Shown here: piece by piece, positions 40,537 to 50,150 of the stretch
Layout: each line of letters begins with the position of its first letter
Position numbering within the stretch: the stretch's first letter is position 1
Virus record (IMG/VR): IMGVR_UViG_3300032334_001433
Location: 96,001 to 160,000 of that record
Strand: one strand, 5' to 3'
Source of the DNA: a virus
Taxonomy: Duplodnaviria; Caudoviricetes
DNA: 64,000 nt
Notes under the pieces: generated by a model
Seen by the model: only the letters and a program-made list of their open reading frames with translations
Databases searched by the model: none
What the model was told of the DNA's origin: nothing
Translations under genes and position numbers: made by a program

Positions 40537-41273
40537 CACGGCAAGAATGGATTGAAAAATGTAATCATTGGAAAAACATTTGGCCGGTAATGCAACCAGA
40601 ATATGCTGCAAATAATAATGATTACGAATTAAATATTTACGCAGTATTAGATGCAATAAACAAATATAGTAAAGCATCTGATATTATTATGGGAGATGCT
40701 GGCAGTATTAGTTATGCTGGCCCAGTAGCATTAAATGCTAAGGAAGGGCAACGATTTATTTTTAGTCCAGCTCAAGCTGATATGGGGTGGGCAGTACCTG
40801 CTGCAATAGGTGTTGCTATGGCAAGCAAACAACAAGTTATTGCAATAACCGGCGATGGTAGTTTTATGAGCAATCTGCAGGAACTTGCTGTAATTAAACA
40901 GCATAACTTAAACATAAAAATTGTTGTACTAAATAATAACGGATATCTAAGTATTAAAAATACTCAATCTAAATATTTTGAAGGCAGGGTGTTTGGAACA
41001 AGTTCTGAAACTGGTTTATGGTTTCCATCTTTTAAAAATGTAGCAACTGCATTTGATATGCATTATCAAGATGTTAGATTAGAAACACAATTAAATGATT
41101 TAAATTATACTTTATCTCTTGTTGGCCCTGCTATTATAGATTGTAAGTGTTTAGAAGACCAAGAAATTTTGCCAGCGCAGGCATTAAAAAATGGAAAACA
41201 GGCTGGATTGCATGATATGCATCCATTCTTATCAGATGACGAACTTAAAAAAGAAATGATTGTTAATATATGA
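40533..41273 (+). CDS. TPP enzyme, AHAS/YerE-like, C-terminal TPP-binding domain
   Basis: MGWAVPAAIG, ITGDGSFMSNLQEL, VLNNNGY; ATGA overlap with the N-terminal half. Confidence 0.85.
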   Translation: MTRQEWIEKCNHWKNIWPVMQPEYAANNNDYELNIYAVLDAINKYSKASDIIMGDAGSISYAGPVALNAKEGQRFIFSPAQADMGWAVPAAIGVAMASKQQVIAITGDGSFMSNLQELAVIKQHNLNIKIVVLNNNGYLSIKNTQSKYFEGRVFGTSSETGLWFPSFKNVATAFDMHYQDVRLETQLNDLNYTLSLVGPAIIDCKCLEDQEILPAQALKNGKQAGLHDMHPFLSDDELKKEMIVNI

Positions 41274-42049
41274 GAATTATAATTATCGGCGCTGGTGGAT
41301 TTATTGGATCCTATCTAACTAAAGAATTGACTTCTGAACATCAAGTTCTTCCTATCTATAAAGATCAGGTAGATTTATTTGACAATGAAACTGTAAAGAA
41401 TTTGTTAACTGCGGTTCAAGCAGATGTTGTTATAAATTGTTTAACATTTGGTGGAAAAGAAAATCTACAAAACAAAGATGCATACGATGTAGCAAGAAAT
41501 TTATCGTTGTTTTATAATTTTCATTCTAACTCAAATTTATTTAAAAATTATATTAATATCGCCTCTGGAATAGAAGGCACAGATGCAAATAATGCATACA
41601 CCTTTTCTAAAAAAGCAATTTATAGTTTTGTTAAAGAGGATCCAAAATATATTAATTTGAGATTGTTTGGATGTTTTGGAAACACAGAAAATGAAACTCG
41701 TTTACTAAAAAGATTTCTTGCATCTACCGAAACTTTTAAAATTATAGATGACCGAAAATTTGACTACATCTCAATACAAGATTTTTATAATATAATTAAA
41801 TTTACCTTATCAAATCTAGACACAATAACATCATTGTATAATACAATAGATTGCGTATATTCCGAAAAAATAAAGCTTAGTCAATTCTTAGATTATTTTT
41901 GTGATATAAATAATTTAGAGAAAAATTTTATTGTAGAATCAATCGGTAATAACGATTATACTGGAAATTCTACTGCTTTAGATAATTTAAAAAAGCACCA
42001 TGCTCTTCGTTTATATGGCTTAGCGCATGGATTGAAAGTATATGTATGA
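41270..42049 (+). CDS. NAD-dependent sugar epimerase/reductase (extended SDR)
   Basis: IIGAGGFIG, YTFSK (YxxxK), LRLFGCFG. Confidence 0.75.
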   Translation: MRIIIIGAGGFIGSYLTKELTSEHQVLPIYKDQVDLFDNETVKNLLTAVQADVVINCLTFGGKENLQNKDAYDVARNLSLFYNFHSNSNLFKNYINIASGIEGTDANNAYTFSKKAIYSFVKEDPKYINLRLFGCFGNTENETRLLKRFLASTETFKIIDDRKFDYISIQDFYNIIKFTLSNLDTITSLYNTIDCVYSEKIKLSQFLDYFCDINNLEKNFIVESIGNNDYTGNSTALDNLKKHHALRLYGLAHGLKVYV

Positions 42050-42996
42050 CAAAAATTGTTTATGTGACAGGTTGTTTAGGATTCATGGGTTACCATGTTA
42101 CTAAAAAATGTTTAGATGCTGGATATTATGTTTTTGGTATTGATAAAAAAACGTACGCAAGCAATTTACATTTTTTGCAACTGCTGTTAGATTATCCAAA
42201 ATTTAAATTTTTAAAATCAGATATCAATGATCTAGAAAAAATTTATGATTGCGACTATATCATTAACATGGCTGCAGAAACACACGTTGACAATAGTATT
42301 GTTAGTTCGGATGTTTTCCTTAGAAGCAATGTTAATGGAGTCCATAAATTACTTGAACTAATAAAAGCAATCCCAAAAGCAAGACGCCCCACATTACTTC
42401 ATTTTAGTACAGATGAAGTATATGGAGATATTGTAGATGGATTTCATACCGAAACAGATTTATTAAAACCAAGCAATCCATATTCTGCAACAAAGGCAGC
42501 TGCGGATATGTTAGTACTTGCTTGGGCCAGAACATATGAAGTTCCATATGTTATACTTAGACCTACTAATAATTATGGTATTGGTCAGTATGTAGAAAAA
42601 TTTATACCTAAAGCAATTAAGCATTTGACTCTAGGTAGAAAAATTATTATGCATGATGCTGGTATGCCAAGAAGAACTTGGCTCCATGTATCTGATACTG
42701 CATCTGCGGTTATTGCAATAATTGAATCTGAGACAAAAAACGAAATCTATAACATATCTGGAAACTATGAAGAACAAAATATAGTTATTGCCAAAAAAAT
42801 TATAGATAGATTTCACTTATGTACCGAAGAAGCCTATAGTGATTTTATGGATTTATCTGAAAAACGACAAGGCCAAGATGTTAGATATGCAATAGATGAT
42901 TCTAAATTAAAATCACTTGGATGGAATCCAAAGGCAAATTTTGATAATGAATTGGAAATTATGGTAGATTATTATAAAGAGAATTTTGTATGGTAA
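42046..42996 (+). CDS. rfbB: dTDP/NDP-glucose 4,6-dehydratase
   Basis: AAETHVDNSI, HFSTDEVYGD, NPYSATKA, NNYG, GQDVRY. Confidence 0.88.
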   Translation: MTKIVYVTGCLGFMGYHVTKKCLDAGYYVFGIDKKTYASNLHFLQLLLDYPKFKFLKSDINDLEKIYDCDYIINMAAETHVDNSIVSSDVFLRSNVNGVHKLLELIKAIPKARRPTLLHFSTDEVYGDIVDGFHTETDLLKPSNPYSATKAAADMLVLAWARTYEVPYVILRPTNNYGIGQYVEKFIPKAIKHLTLGRKIIMHDAGMPRRTWLHVSDTASAVIAIIESETKNEIYNISGNYEEQNIVIAKKIIDRFHLCTEEAYSDFMDLSEKRQGQDVRYAIDDSKLKSLGWNPKANFDNELEIMVDYYKENFVW

Positions 42997-43787
42997 TAAT
43001 AACTGGAGCAAATGGATTTATTGGACAAAATGCAATAGACTATTTTGTAAAAAGAAATTATAATGTCGTTGGTCTTGATATTGAGGATGGCCCAATATAT
43101 TCAAAAGACATAACAGGAGTTGTTCATTTAGGAGCAATCTCTAATACATTAGAAAAAGATTGGGGTAGGTTAACAAGATTAAATGTTGATAGTACCAATA
43201 ATTGGTTTGATTATTGTAACGAAAATAATATTCCCTTTATATTTGCAAGTTCTGCTGCAATTTATGGAAATGGAGACGGACCATTAAATCTTTATGCCAA
43301 AAGCAAACTCGATAGCGAAAAATATATTGATAATAGAGCAGTTGTTCTAAGATTCTTTAATGTATATGGACCGCACGAGGAGCATAAAGGCAGAATGGCT
43401 AGTACAATATATCATTGGTATAATCAAATTAAAGATACAGGTAAGGCAAAAATATTTGAGGAATCTGATTCAATTTATAGAGATTTTATCTATGTACAAG
43501 ATGTTATTAAAGTAATAGAATTCTTTTTAAATAACTATGTTCCCGGAACATATGATTTAGGATCAGGTACCCAAAATAATTTTGAGTATGTACTACAATG
43601 CCTATTAGAAAAAATGGGATTAGGTGAAAAGGAATATATAAAATTTCCTGAAGATATAGTTAATCAGTATCAAAAGAATACATCTTCTGATATGACAACA
43701 TTGGAAAAAATTGGATATAATTTATCAAGTATGACTACAATAAAGGAAGGCGTTTCCAATTATGTAGATTACTTGAAACAAGGATAA
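42990..43787 (+). CDS. hldD: ADP-L-glycero-D-manno-heptose 6-epimerase-like
   Basis: TGANGFIG, HLGAISNT, ASSAAIYG, PLNLYAKSK, RFFNVYGPHEEHKGRMAS. Confidence 0.88.
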   Translation: MVIITGANGFIGQNAIDYFVKRNYNVVGLDIEDGPIYSKDITGVVHLGAISNTLEKDWGRLTRLNVDSTNNWFDYCNENNIPFIFASSAAIYGNGDGPLNLYAKSKLDSEKYIDNRAVVLRFFNVYGPHEEHKGRMASTIYHWYNQIKDTGKAKIFEESDSIYRDFIYVQDVIKVIEFFLNNYVPGTYDLGSGTQNNFEYVLQCLLEKMGLGEKEYIKFPEDIVNQYQKNTSSDMTTLEKIGYNLSSMTTIKEGVSNYVDYLKQG

Positions 43788-43791
43788 AATA

Positions 43792-44580
43792 ATGGCAGGC
43801 GATAGATTATTACTACATACTCATACTGGTCTCGGCGATCATATAATTTGTAACGGAATGGTTCACGCATTTGCAGAAGTCTGTGATGTGGTATATGTTC
43901 CTTATAGAAAATTCTTTAGAGAATCTATGCAAACACTATATGAGGGATTTGGTAATATTGAATTATTAGAATTCCCCGATATTGATATTACGCGCAATAG
44001 GCATTTGCTAGAAGATTTTGCAAATAAAAATAATTGCAGTATGTTAAGTGCAGCAGATCCTGAAATACAATATACTAGATTATTGCGTAAACTTCCTAAT
44101 GGTCAACTTGATTATGCAAATCTTGCAATAAGTTCTGATAGACAAATGTATGAAATTGTAGAGGTTCCTTTTTCTGCAAGATATACTAAATGTAGAATTC
44201 CGCAAACTACTAAGAATTCTAAAAAGCTATTTGATTCCTTATATAAAGGAAATGACTATATGTTAGTCCATAGATACAGTAGTAACAAGCCTGACGGGTA
44301 TCCTGTAAATCTGAATGTTTCTGGCAATATAAATAATCTTGATATTATTGAAATTAAAGAAGGTGCTACCAATAATATATTTGATTATATGGATTTAATT
44401 TATAATGCTAAAGAAATTAATGTAGTTCATAGTAGCGTAGGATGTTTGGTTGATAGTGTTGTTGATAGAACCCCTGCTAGATTGTTCTTCCATAACATAA
44501 AAGCAAGCGTGGAGACCCAAGTTAATTGTAGATGGAACAATAATCGTTGGGGAGTTATAGGATATGAGGTAATGTATTGA
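43792..44580 (+). CDS. Hypothetical, putative GT-B glycosyltransferase (GLGDH motif)
   Basis: HTGLGDHIICNGMV; sits between hldD and hldE; paralogue at 62203. Confidence 0.45.
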   Translation: MAGDRLLLHTHTGLGDHIICNGMVHAFAEVCDVVYVPYRKFFRESMQTLYEGFGNIELLEFPDIDITRNRHLLEDFANKNNCSMLSAADPEIQYTRLLRKLPNGQLDYANLAISSDRQMYEIVEVPFSARYTKCRIPQTTKNSKKLFDSLYKGNDYMLVHRYSSNKPDGYPVNLNVSGNINNLDIIEIKEGATNNIFDYMDLIYNAKEINVVHSSVGCLVDSVVDRTPARLFFHNIKASVETQVNCRWNNNRWGVIGYEVMY

Positions 44581-44581
44581 T

Positions 44582-45523
44582 ATGAAAAGACATTTGATTA
44601 TAGGTGATTTGATCTTTGATAGGTTTATTTATGGTAATGCTACAAGAATCTCTGCAGAAGCACCGACGTTAGTACTGGATACAGAAGATGAAGTTGATAT
44701 GCTCGGCGGAGCATACAATGTTGCTGCACATATATGTTCATTGGGACATAATGTAAATTTCATTTCAGCTGTTGGTAATGATTATGATTCTGTGGTCTCC
44801 ACTTTTAAAGACAACTTTCATCTTAACAGTAACTGTTTTATTACAAAAGAAGCAGGCAGAAAAACTACTGTAAAAACTAGATTGATATCTAAGTATAAAA
44901 ATGCACATTTACTTAGATACGACAACGAATCTACGCATCCATTATTAGAAAATACTGAGAATGAAATTATAGAATATGTTAAGAATAACATATCTTTGTT
45001 CGATGATATACTATTGATTGACTATAAAAAAGGTGTTGTCACAAAGAAAGTTGCAGAATCTATTATAGAAATTGCAAATATGCACAACATCCCAGTATTG
45101 GTAGATACAAAAAGAGATGATCTAAGTATCTTTACTGCGGCAACAGTTATAAAACCAAATAAATACGAATTTGAAAAAATTAGATTGCGATATGCATCTG
45201 ATTTTTCAATGGAAGAGGCGTGTAGAATAATTTGTAATAAATTACGAATTCAGAAAATAGTTATTACTGCAGGCAATGATGGCATATACGCTTATGATAG
45301 CGTGCAGGGTTTAATACACTCAAAGGCAGAGGAAGTAAAGGTAAAAGAGTTAAGTGGCGCAGGAGATTCTGTACTAGCTGTTTTAAGTTTTTGCTTTTTA
45401 GAAGGACATTCTTTTGAGGAAAGTATTGGATATGCAAATAAATTAGCTGCAAAATTTGTATCTTCAGGTATACAATATAGAGCAAAATTGGATGATCTAA
45501 TAAAAGGAAATGAAACTATATGA
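44582..45523 (+). CDS. hldE: Heptose 7-phosphate kinase (HldE kinase domain, PfkB family)
   Basis: IGDLIFDRFIYG, RISAEAPTLV, GGAYNVA, DYKKGVV, IKPNKYEF, SGAGDSV; no nucleotidyltransferase domain. Confidence 0.88.
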   Translation: MKRHLIIGDLIFDRFIYGNATRISAEAPTLVLDTEDEVDMLGGAYNVAAHICSLGHNVNFISAVGNDYDSVVSTFKDNFHLNSNCFITKEAGRKTTVKTRLISKYKNAHLLRYDNESTHPLLENTENEIIEYVKNNISLFDDILLIDYKKGVVTKKVAESIIEIANMHNIPVLVDTKRDDLSIFTAATVIKPNKYEFEKIRLRYASDFSMEEACRIICNKLRIQKIVITAGNDGIYAYDSVQGLIHSKAEEVKVKELSGAGDSVLAVLSFCFLEGHSFEESIGYANKLAAKFVSSGIQYRAKLDDLIKGNETI

Positions 45524-46551
45524 GCAATTTTTTAGCTGCGGTAATCCGCAAACATTTTGAACCTTTAAGTATTGAAGAATTTGAACATCAAGATCCTACC
45601 GAAGGGCAAGTTCTTGTTGAAATGATTTCTTCTGGTCTTTGCGGCGCTCAAATAAATGAGATAGACGCAGTTAAAGGGTGGGACAAATATATGCCACATT
45701 TTATGGGGCACGAAGGATTTGGTCAAGTAAAACAAATTGGCGACAAGGTTACTAAAGTAAAACCTGGAGACTATGTTGTACTACATTGGAGAAAAGGTAT
45801 TGGCTGTGATTGTTTTGGTGGGAAATATTTTTCCAAATTAGGAATTGTTGGTTCCGGCCCAGTAACAACTTTTGCAGAAAAAACAATCGTTGCAGAAAAC
45901 AGAGTAACTCCTGTAAACTACAAACCAGAATTGACGAATCTTTACCCATTAATGGGATGTGCATTTTCCACAGCATATGGCATTGTAAAGCACGATTTAA
46001 AAATAAAAGATGATGCAAATATTTTAATTACTGGAGCCGGTGGATTAGGATTAACTATTGCATTCTGGCTAAAAGTATTATATAATGTAAATGTTACATT
46101 AGTTGATCGCTACGAAGTTAAACGTCCGTTTGTAGAACAATTTGGTGCAAAGTATTTTTCCTATGAAACAGCACCAGCATTTTTTGCAGAATCTCCTTTA
46201 ATGGATTATTGTATTGACACTTCAGGAAATACAGATGTAATTTCTAAGGCATTTTCTCTTCTTGGCAAACAAGGCTCATTAGTATTAGTCGGGCAACCAA
46301 AGACAGGAGAAAAATTAACATTGGATAATGCGTTAAAAATATTTGATGGTATAAAAATATTTAGTTCAGATGGTGGTAATTTTGTTCCTGAGAATGATTT
46401 GGCCGATATTATTATGCACATCGACAATAATATTGAACTTGCAAATAAACTAGTAACCGATGTAATTGGTTTAGAAGATATAAATAATGGTTTTGCCAAA
46501 ATGAGAAACGGCGAGGCTGGAAGAATTGTTATTAATTTTAAGGAGCACTAA
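45520..46551 (+). CDS. Zn-binding medium-chain dehydrogenase/reductase
   Basis: SGLCG, GHEGFG, GCAFSTAYG, GAGGLG. Confidence 0.85.
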   Translation: MSNFLAAVIRKHFEPLSIEEFEHQDPTEGQVLVEMISSGLCGAQINEIDAVKGWDKYMPHFMGHEGFGQVKQIGDKVTKVKPGDYVVLHWRKGIGCDCFGGKYFSKLGIVGSGPVTTFAEKTIVAENRVTPVNYKPELTNLYPLMGCAFSTAYGIVKHDLKIKDDANILITGAGGLGLTIAFWLKVLYNVNVTLVDRYEVKRPFVEQFGAKYFSYETAPAFFAESPLMDYCIDTSGNTDVISKAFSLLGKQGSLVLVGQPKTGEKLTLDNALKIFDGIKIFSSDGGNFVPENDLADIIMHIDNNIELANKLVTDVIGLEDINNGFAKMRNGEAGRIVINFKEH

Positions 46552-47754
46552 ATGAAAAGAGATTGGACACCAGAAGAGCTAATTGCCTTTGAGGACAGGA
46601 TTGGCGAGCTATATTTAGATAATAAATTACCATTTTTATTCCATCTATCTGGTGGTAATGAAACACAACTAATTGATATCTTTAAAGATATTAAAGAAGG
46701 CGACTATGTTATTTCTAATCACAGAAGCCATTATCATGCATTGCTACATGGCATTCCACCAGAAGTAGTTGAAGATCGTATTCTAAATGGTCGTAGTATG
46801 TTTATTTACGACAAGGCTAGAAACTTCTTCTGTTCTGCAATTATTGGCGGAACTCCTGCAATTGCAGCAGGTCTTGCATGGGCATTGAAACGTAAAGGAT
46901 CTACACAAAAGGTATGGTGCTTTATTGGAGATGGAACAGAAGATAACGGCCACACTTATGAAGCAATTCGCTATGTAGATGGATGGGACTTGCCTTGCAA
47001 GTTTGTTATTGAGAACAACAACCGTTCAGTAGAAGCAACCAACGAACAACGTTGGGGCAAAGCTGCGGATTATGTTTGGAATTCCCCTTCTGTTATTAAA
47101 TACAAATATGAAATTACATATCCTCATGCTAGAAAACCCGGCATGATTGATTTGTCAAAAGCTGTTAAGAAAACAGATGATGAATATTTCCCGCCTTTAA
47201 AGGAAATCGAATATCCAGAATTTACAGTTGACGAATTAAAATATAAAGATGCTGCATTTAAGGCAATGACCGAATTGGGCAACGAAGGCGCAATCTTTAT
47301 TGGATATAATGTTAACAATGCTCCAGGCGGTAACGCAATGGGAACATTGAAAGGCGTATCCGATGAACAAAAATTAGAAACTCCTGTTGCAGAAAATCTA
47401 ATGGCTGGATTGGCAATTGGTATGGGATTTGAAGGATTTATTCCAGTTCTATATTTTGAACGTCATGACTTTATGTTAGTTGCAATGGATGCGATTGTTA
47501 ATCATATTGACAAGATTGAAAGAATTTCTCATGGAGAGTATACTGTTCCTGTAATTATCAGAGCAGTTACTGCAGATGGCGGTCCTTTCTATTCAGGAAT
47601 TACTCACTCGCAAGACTTTACCAATATGCTTAGAACCGCAGTAAGTTTCCCAGTATATGATCCTGTATCTGGTGCAGATTTAGAACTTGCATTTAAGAAA
47701 GCTAGATATAGTGGGCGTCCGGCAATTATTGTTGAAAGAAAATCTAGATATTAA
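46552..47754 (+). CDS. Fused TPP-dependent E1 alpha/beta (transketolase-like) enzyme
   Basis: FHLSGGNE, NHRSHYHAL, IGDGTEDNG...ENN (TPP motif), then ETPVAENLMAGLAIG, HSQDF; lacks the beta C-terminal domain. Confidence 0.82.
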   Translation: MKRDWTPEELIAFEDRIGELYLDNKLPFLFHLSGGNETQLIDIFKDIKEGDYVISNHRSHYHALLHGIPPEVVEDRILNGRSMFIYDKARNFFCSAIIGGTPAIAAGLAWALKRKGSTQKVWCFIGDGTEDNGHTYEAIRYVDGWDLPCKFVIENNNRSVEATNEQRWGKAADYVWNSPSVIKYKYEITYPHARKPGMIDLSKAVKKTDDEYFPPLKEIEYPEFTVDELKYKDAAFKAMTELGNEGAIFIGYNVNNAPGGNAMGTLKGVSDEQKLETPVAENLMAGLAIGMGFEGFIPVLYFERHDFMLVAMDAIVNHIDKIERISHGEYTVPVIIRAVTADGGPFYSGITHSQDFTNMLRTAVSFPVYDPVSGADLELAFKKARYSGRPAIIVERKSRY

Positions 47755-47755
47755 A

Positions 47756-48454
47756 ATGAGAAAGATTATATCTATATCTGTGTGGGGCGATTCGCCCCGC
47801 TACATTGTTGGTGCTCATCGACAATATGAATTGGCAAAAGAATTTTACCCTGATTGGGAATTTAGAATTTATACTGACGACAAACGAAAGTTTGAAAATC
47901 TAACTGATGCTAATATTATAGAAGTAACAGATGACAGTTATGGCATGTTCTGGAGATTTAAAGCTTTATTTGAATCAGATGATAATGTTGTAATTGTCCG
48001 AGATTCCGATAGCAGAATAACTATCAGAGAACAACGAGCAGTTAATGAATGGTTAAACTCTGATAAGAAATTCCATACATTTCAAGATCATGAAGCTCAT
48101 TACGAATTCCCTATCATAGGATGTGCTTTTGGATATAAAGGTAGATTTAATAATCCAATGTATAATCTAATGTATTATTATATGAAAAATTTTGCATATT
48201 ATCTAGGCGATCAAATATTCTTAAAAGAAGTTATATGGCCTATGGTTAGAGATAGTGCAATGATACATTCTATGAATGCAGGTTGGTTTGGAGAAACAAG
48301 AAAACAATTAGTTAATCCTTACGACTTTTGTGGCAATGGATATAATGAAGATGATATGCCATTATATCCACCAACACTTAAAGAATGTAATGGATATAAT
48401 CCAGAAAATACTCCTAAAGAATTTAAATTTAGTAATGGTATTCTTATAAATTAA
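47756..48454 (+). CDS. Hypothetical, putative glycosyltransferase
   Basis: KIISISVWGDSPRY, MFWRF, VRDSDSR, DQIFL; start inferred at ATG 47756 after the upstream stop. Confidence 0.5.
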   Translation: MRKIISISVWGDSPRYIVGAHRQYELAKEFYPDWEFRIYTDDKRKFENLTDANIIEVTDDSYGMFWRFKALFESDDNVVIVRDSDSRITIREQRAVNEWLNSDKKFHTFQDHEAHYEFPIIGCAFGYKGRFNNPMYNLMYYYMKNFAYYLGDQIFLKEVIWPMVRDSAMIHSMNAGWFGETRKQLVNPYDFCGNGYNEDDMPLYPPTLKECNGYNPENTPKEFKFSNGILIN

Positions 48455-48465
48455 AGGCAAATTAT

Positions 48466-49113
48466 ATGGCACAATATTATGGCTCTTCTGAAGAAGATAA
48501 ATTCATTGAGGAATATTTTCCAAAAGGATACGTTGGTAAATGTATCGAGGTTGGCGGCAGTGATGGCATTACTCATTCAAACACATACTATTTTGAGAAA
48601 TCATTGGGATGGGATTGTTTAGTAATAGAGCCCCAACCAGGTCCTCGATTCTTTGATTCTTGTGAAGAAAAAAGAAAACAAGCATTAAATTGTGCAGTGT
48701 CTACTGAGAATACAAATGATGCAGAATTTACAATAGTATATTGTAACTATCAAAACCAAGGGCACCAACCTTGGGGCGGTATGAGTGGGTTGCAGGTAGA
48801 TCAAAAATTAGTTGAGGCACATAAAGAAATGGGACTTGATCCTCAGGAACTTAAAATTAATGTGCCTTCAAGACGTTTAGATTGGATTATTGAAAATTAT
48901 TTTGAGCATCCTGTTATTGACTTTATTACTATTGATACCGAAGGAACAGAACTAGATGTTTTGAAATCTTTTGATACTACAAAATATAAAACCAAACTAT
49001 TAGTTATCGAAAACAATTGGAAGAATGCTGAAATTGAAGATTATTTATCTCAATTTGGTTGGACTAAAGATAAAGTTATTGAGCAGAATGAATTCTATGT
49101 GAGAGACGTATGA
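48466..49113 (+). CDS. FkbM-family SAM methyltransferase
   Basis: IEVGGSDG...SNT, VIEP, ITIDTEGTELDVL, VIENN. Confidence 0.85.
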   Translation: MAQYYGSSEEDKFIEEYFPKGYVGKCIEVGGSDGITHSNTYYFEKSLGWDCLVIEPQPGPRFFDSCEEKRKQALNCAVSTENTNDAEFTIVYCNYQNQGHQPWGGMSGLQVDQKLVEAHKEMGLDPQELKINVPSRRLDWIIENYFEHPVIDFITIDTEGTELDVLKSFDTTKYKTKLLVIENNWKNAEIEDYLSQFGWTKDKVIEQNEFYVRDV

Positions 49114-49835
49114 CAGACGTTACTATTGTTACGGCAACAACTGGTTCTAAATATTTAAGAAAGAATATAGAATCAGTTGCAAAACAAACCTATAAAAACA
49201 TACAACATCTAGTTGTTGTAGATGGTGAACACAGATCATTTGATGCAACAAAACAAATATTAAATTTTAACCATCCAAATCTTGATTATATGGTATTACC
49301 ATATGCAACGGGACTTGAACAATATAATGGCCATAGAATTTATGGCGCAAGTACATATCTTGCTAAAGGCGACTATATCTGCTACTTGGATGAGGATAAT
49401 TGGTTAGAACCAGATCACATTGAAAATCTAATGAATGCAATTGGAGATAAACAATGGGCATACTCATTAAGAAAGATTGTGGATTCGGATGGCAAATTTA
49501 TTTGCAACGATGACTGTGAAAGTCTAGGAGACTATAAATCAGTTATAAACGATTACTTTGTCGATGTTAATTGTTTCTTTTTTGCTAAACCATTGGCATT
49601 ACAATTGTCTCCTATTTGGTATAGACGCGCAAGACATCCCGACGATCAACCTGAAGTTGATCGAGCATTGACATATACACTAAAAGACAATACAATTGAG
49701 GCTGCAGCAACCGGTAAGTATACTGTTAACTATAGAGCAGGAAACAGATCAGATTCGGTGCAAGCGGAGTTCTTTCTGAGAGGAAATGAACATATGAATA
49801 AATTATATAATGGAAATTTACCATGGCGGAAATAA
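49110..49835 (+). CDS. GT2 glycosyltransferase
   Basis: VTIVTAT, SVAKQTY, VVVDG, CYLDEDNW. Confidence 0.82.
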   Translation: MTDVTIVTATTGSKYLRKNIESVAKQTYKNIQHLVVVDGEHRSFDATKQILNFNHPNLDYMVLPYATGLEQYNGHRIYGASTYLAKGDYICYLDEDNWLEPDHIENLMNAIGDKQWAYSLRKIVDSDGKFICNDDCESLGDYKSVINDYFVDVNCFFFAKPLALQLSPIWYRRARHPDDQPEVDRALTYTLKDNTIEAAATGKYTVNYRAGNRSDSVQAEFFLRGNEHMNKLYNGNLPWRK

Positions 49836-50131
49836 ATTATAAGTACAACGAAGGCGAGCTTATTCAGGAATTTAAAGACTATATTGATAAAACATATGGT
49901 CAACACTATTCAATGAATAAATTTCAAGCAACGGAATTTATTATTGATAATGGACATGGCGTTGGATTCACCGCAGGGAACGTCATGAAATATGTCCAAA
50001 GGTACGGAAAAAAAGCAGGAAGGAATAGACAAGACCTTCTAAAGGTGTTACACTACGCATTGATGCTTTTATATGTACATGATATCGAAGTCAACGATAC
50101 AGATAAAACTATTGACCACCACCCTGTTTGA
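49823..50131 (+). CDS. Conserved T4-like hypothetical (DUF3310-like) before gp45
   Basis: YGQHY, GNVMKYVQRYGKK, DLLKVLHYA. Confidence 0.7.
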   Translation: MAEINYKYNEGELIQEFKDYIDKTYGQHYSMNKFQATEFIIDNGHGVGFTAGNVMKYVQRYGKKAGRNRQDLLKVLHYALMLLYVHDIEVNDTDKTIDHHPV

Positions 50132-50150
50132 AAATTGAAAAGGAAATATT

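Noticed and set aside
41905-46486. Intragenic TATAAATA matches at 41905, 44328 and 46479
   Set aside because: This 8-mer is expected several times by chance in DNA this AT-rich; only intergenic copies were called.
46552-47754. Pyruvate dehydrogenase as a central-metabolism auxiliary gene
   Set aside because: Truncated beta domain, no E2/E3, and embedded in the sugar island.
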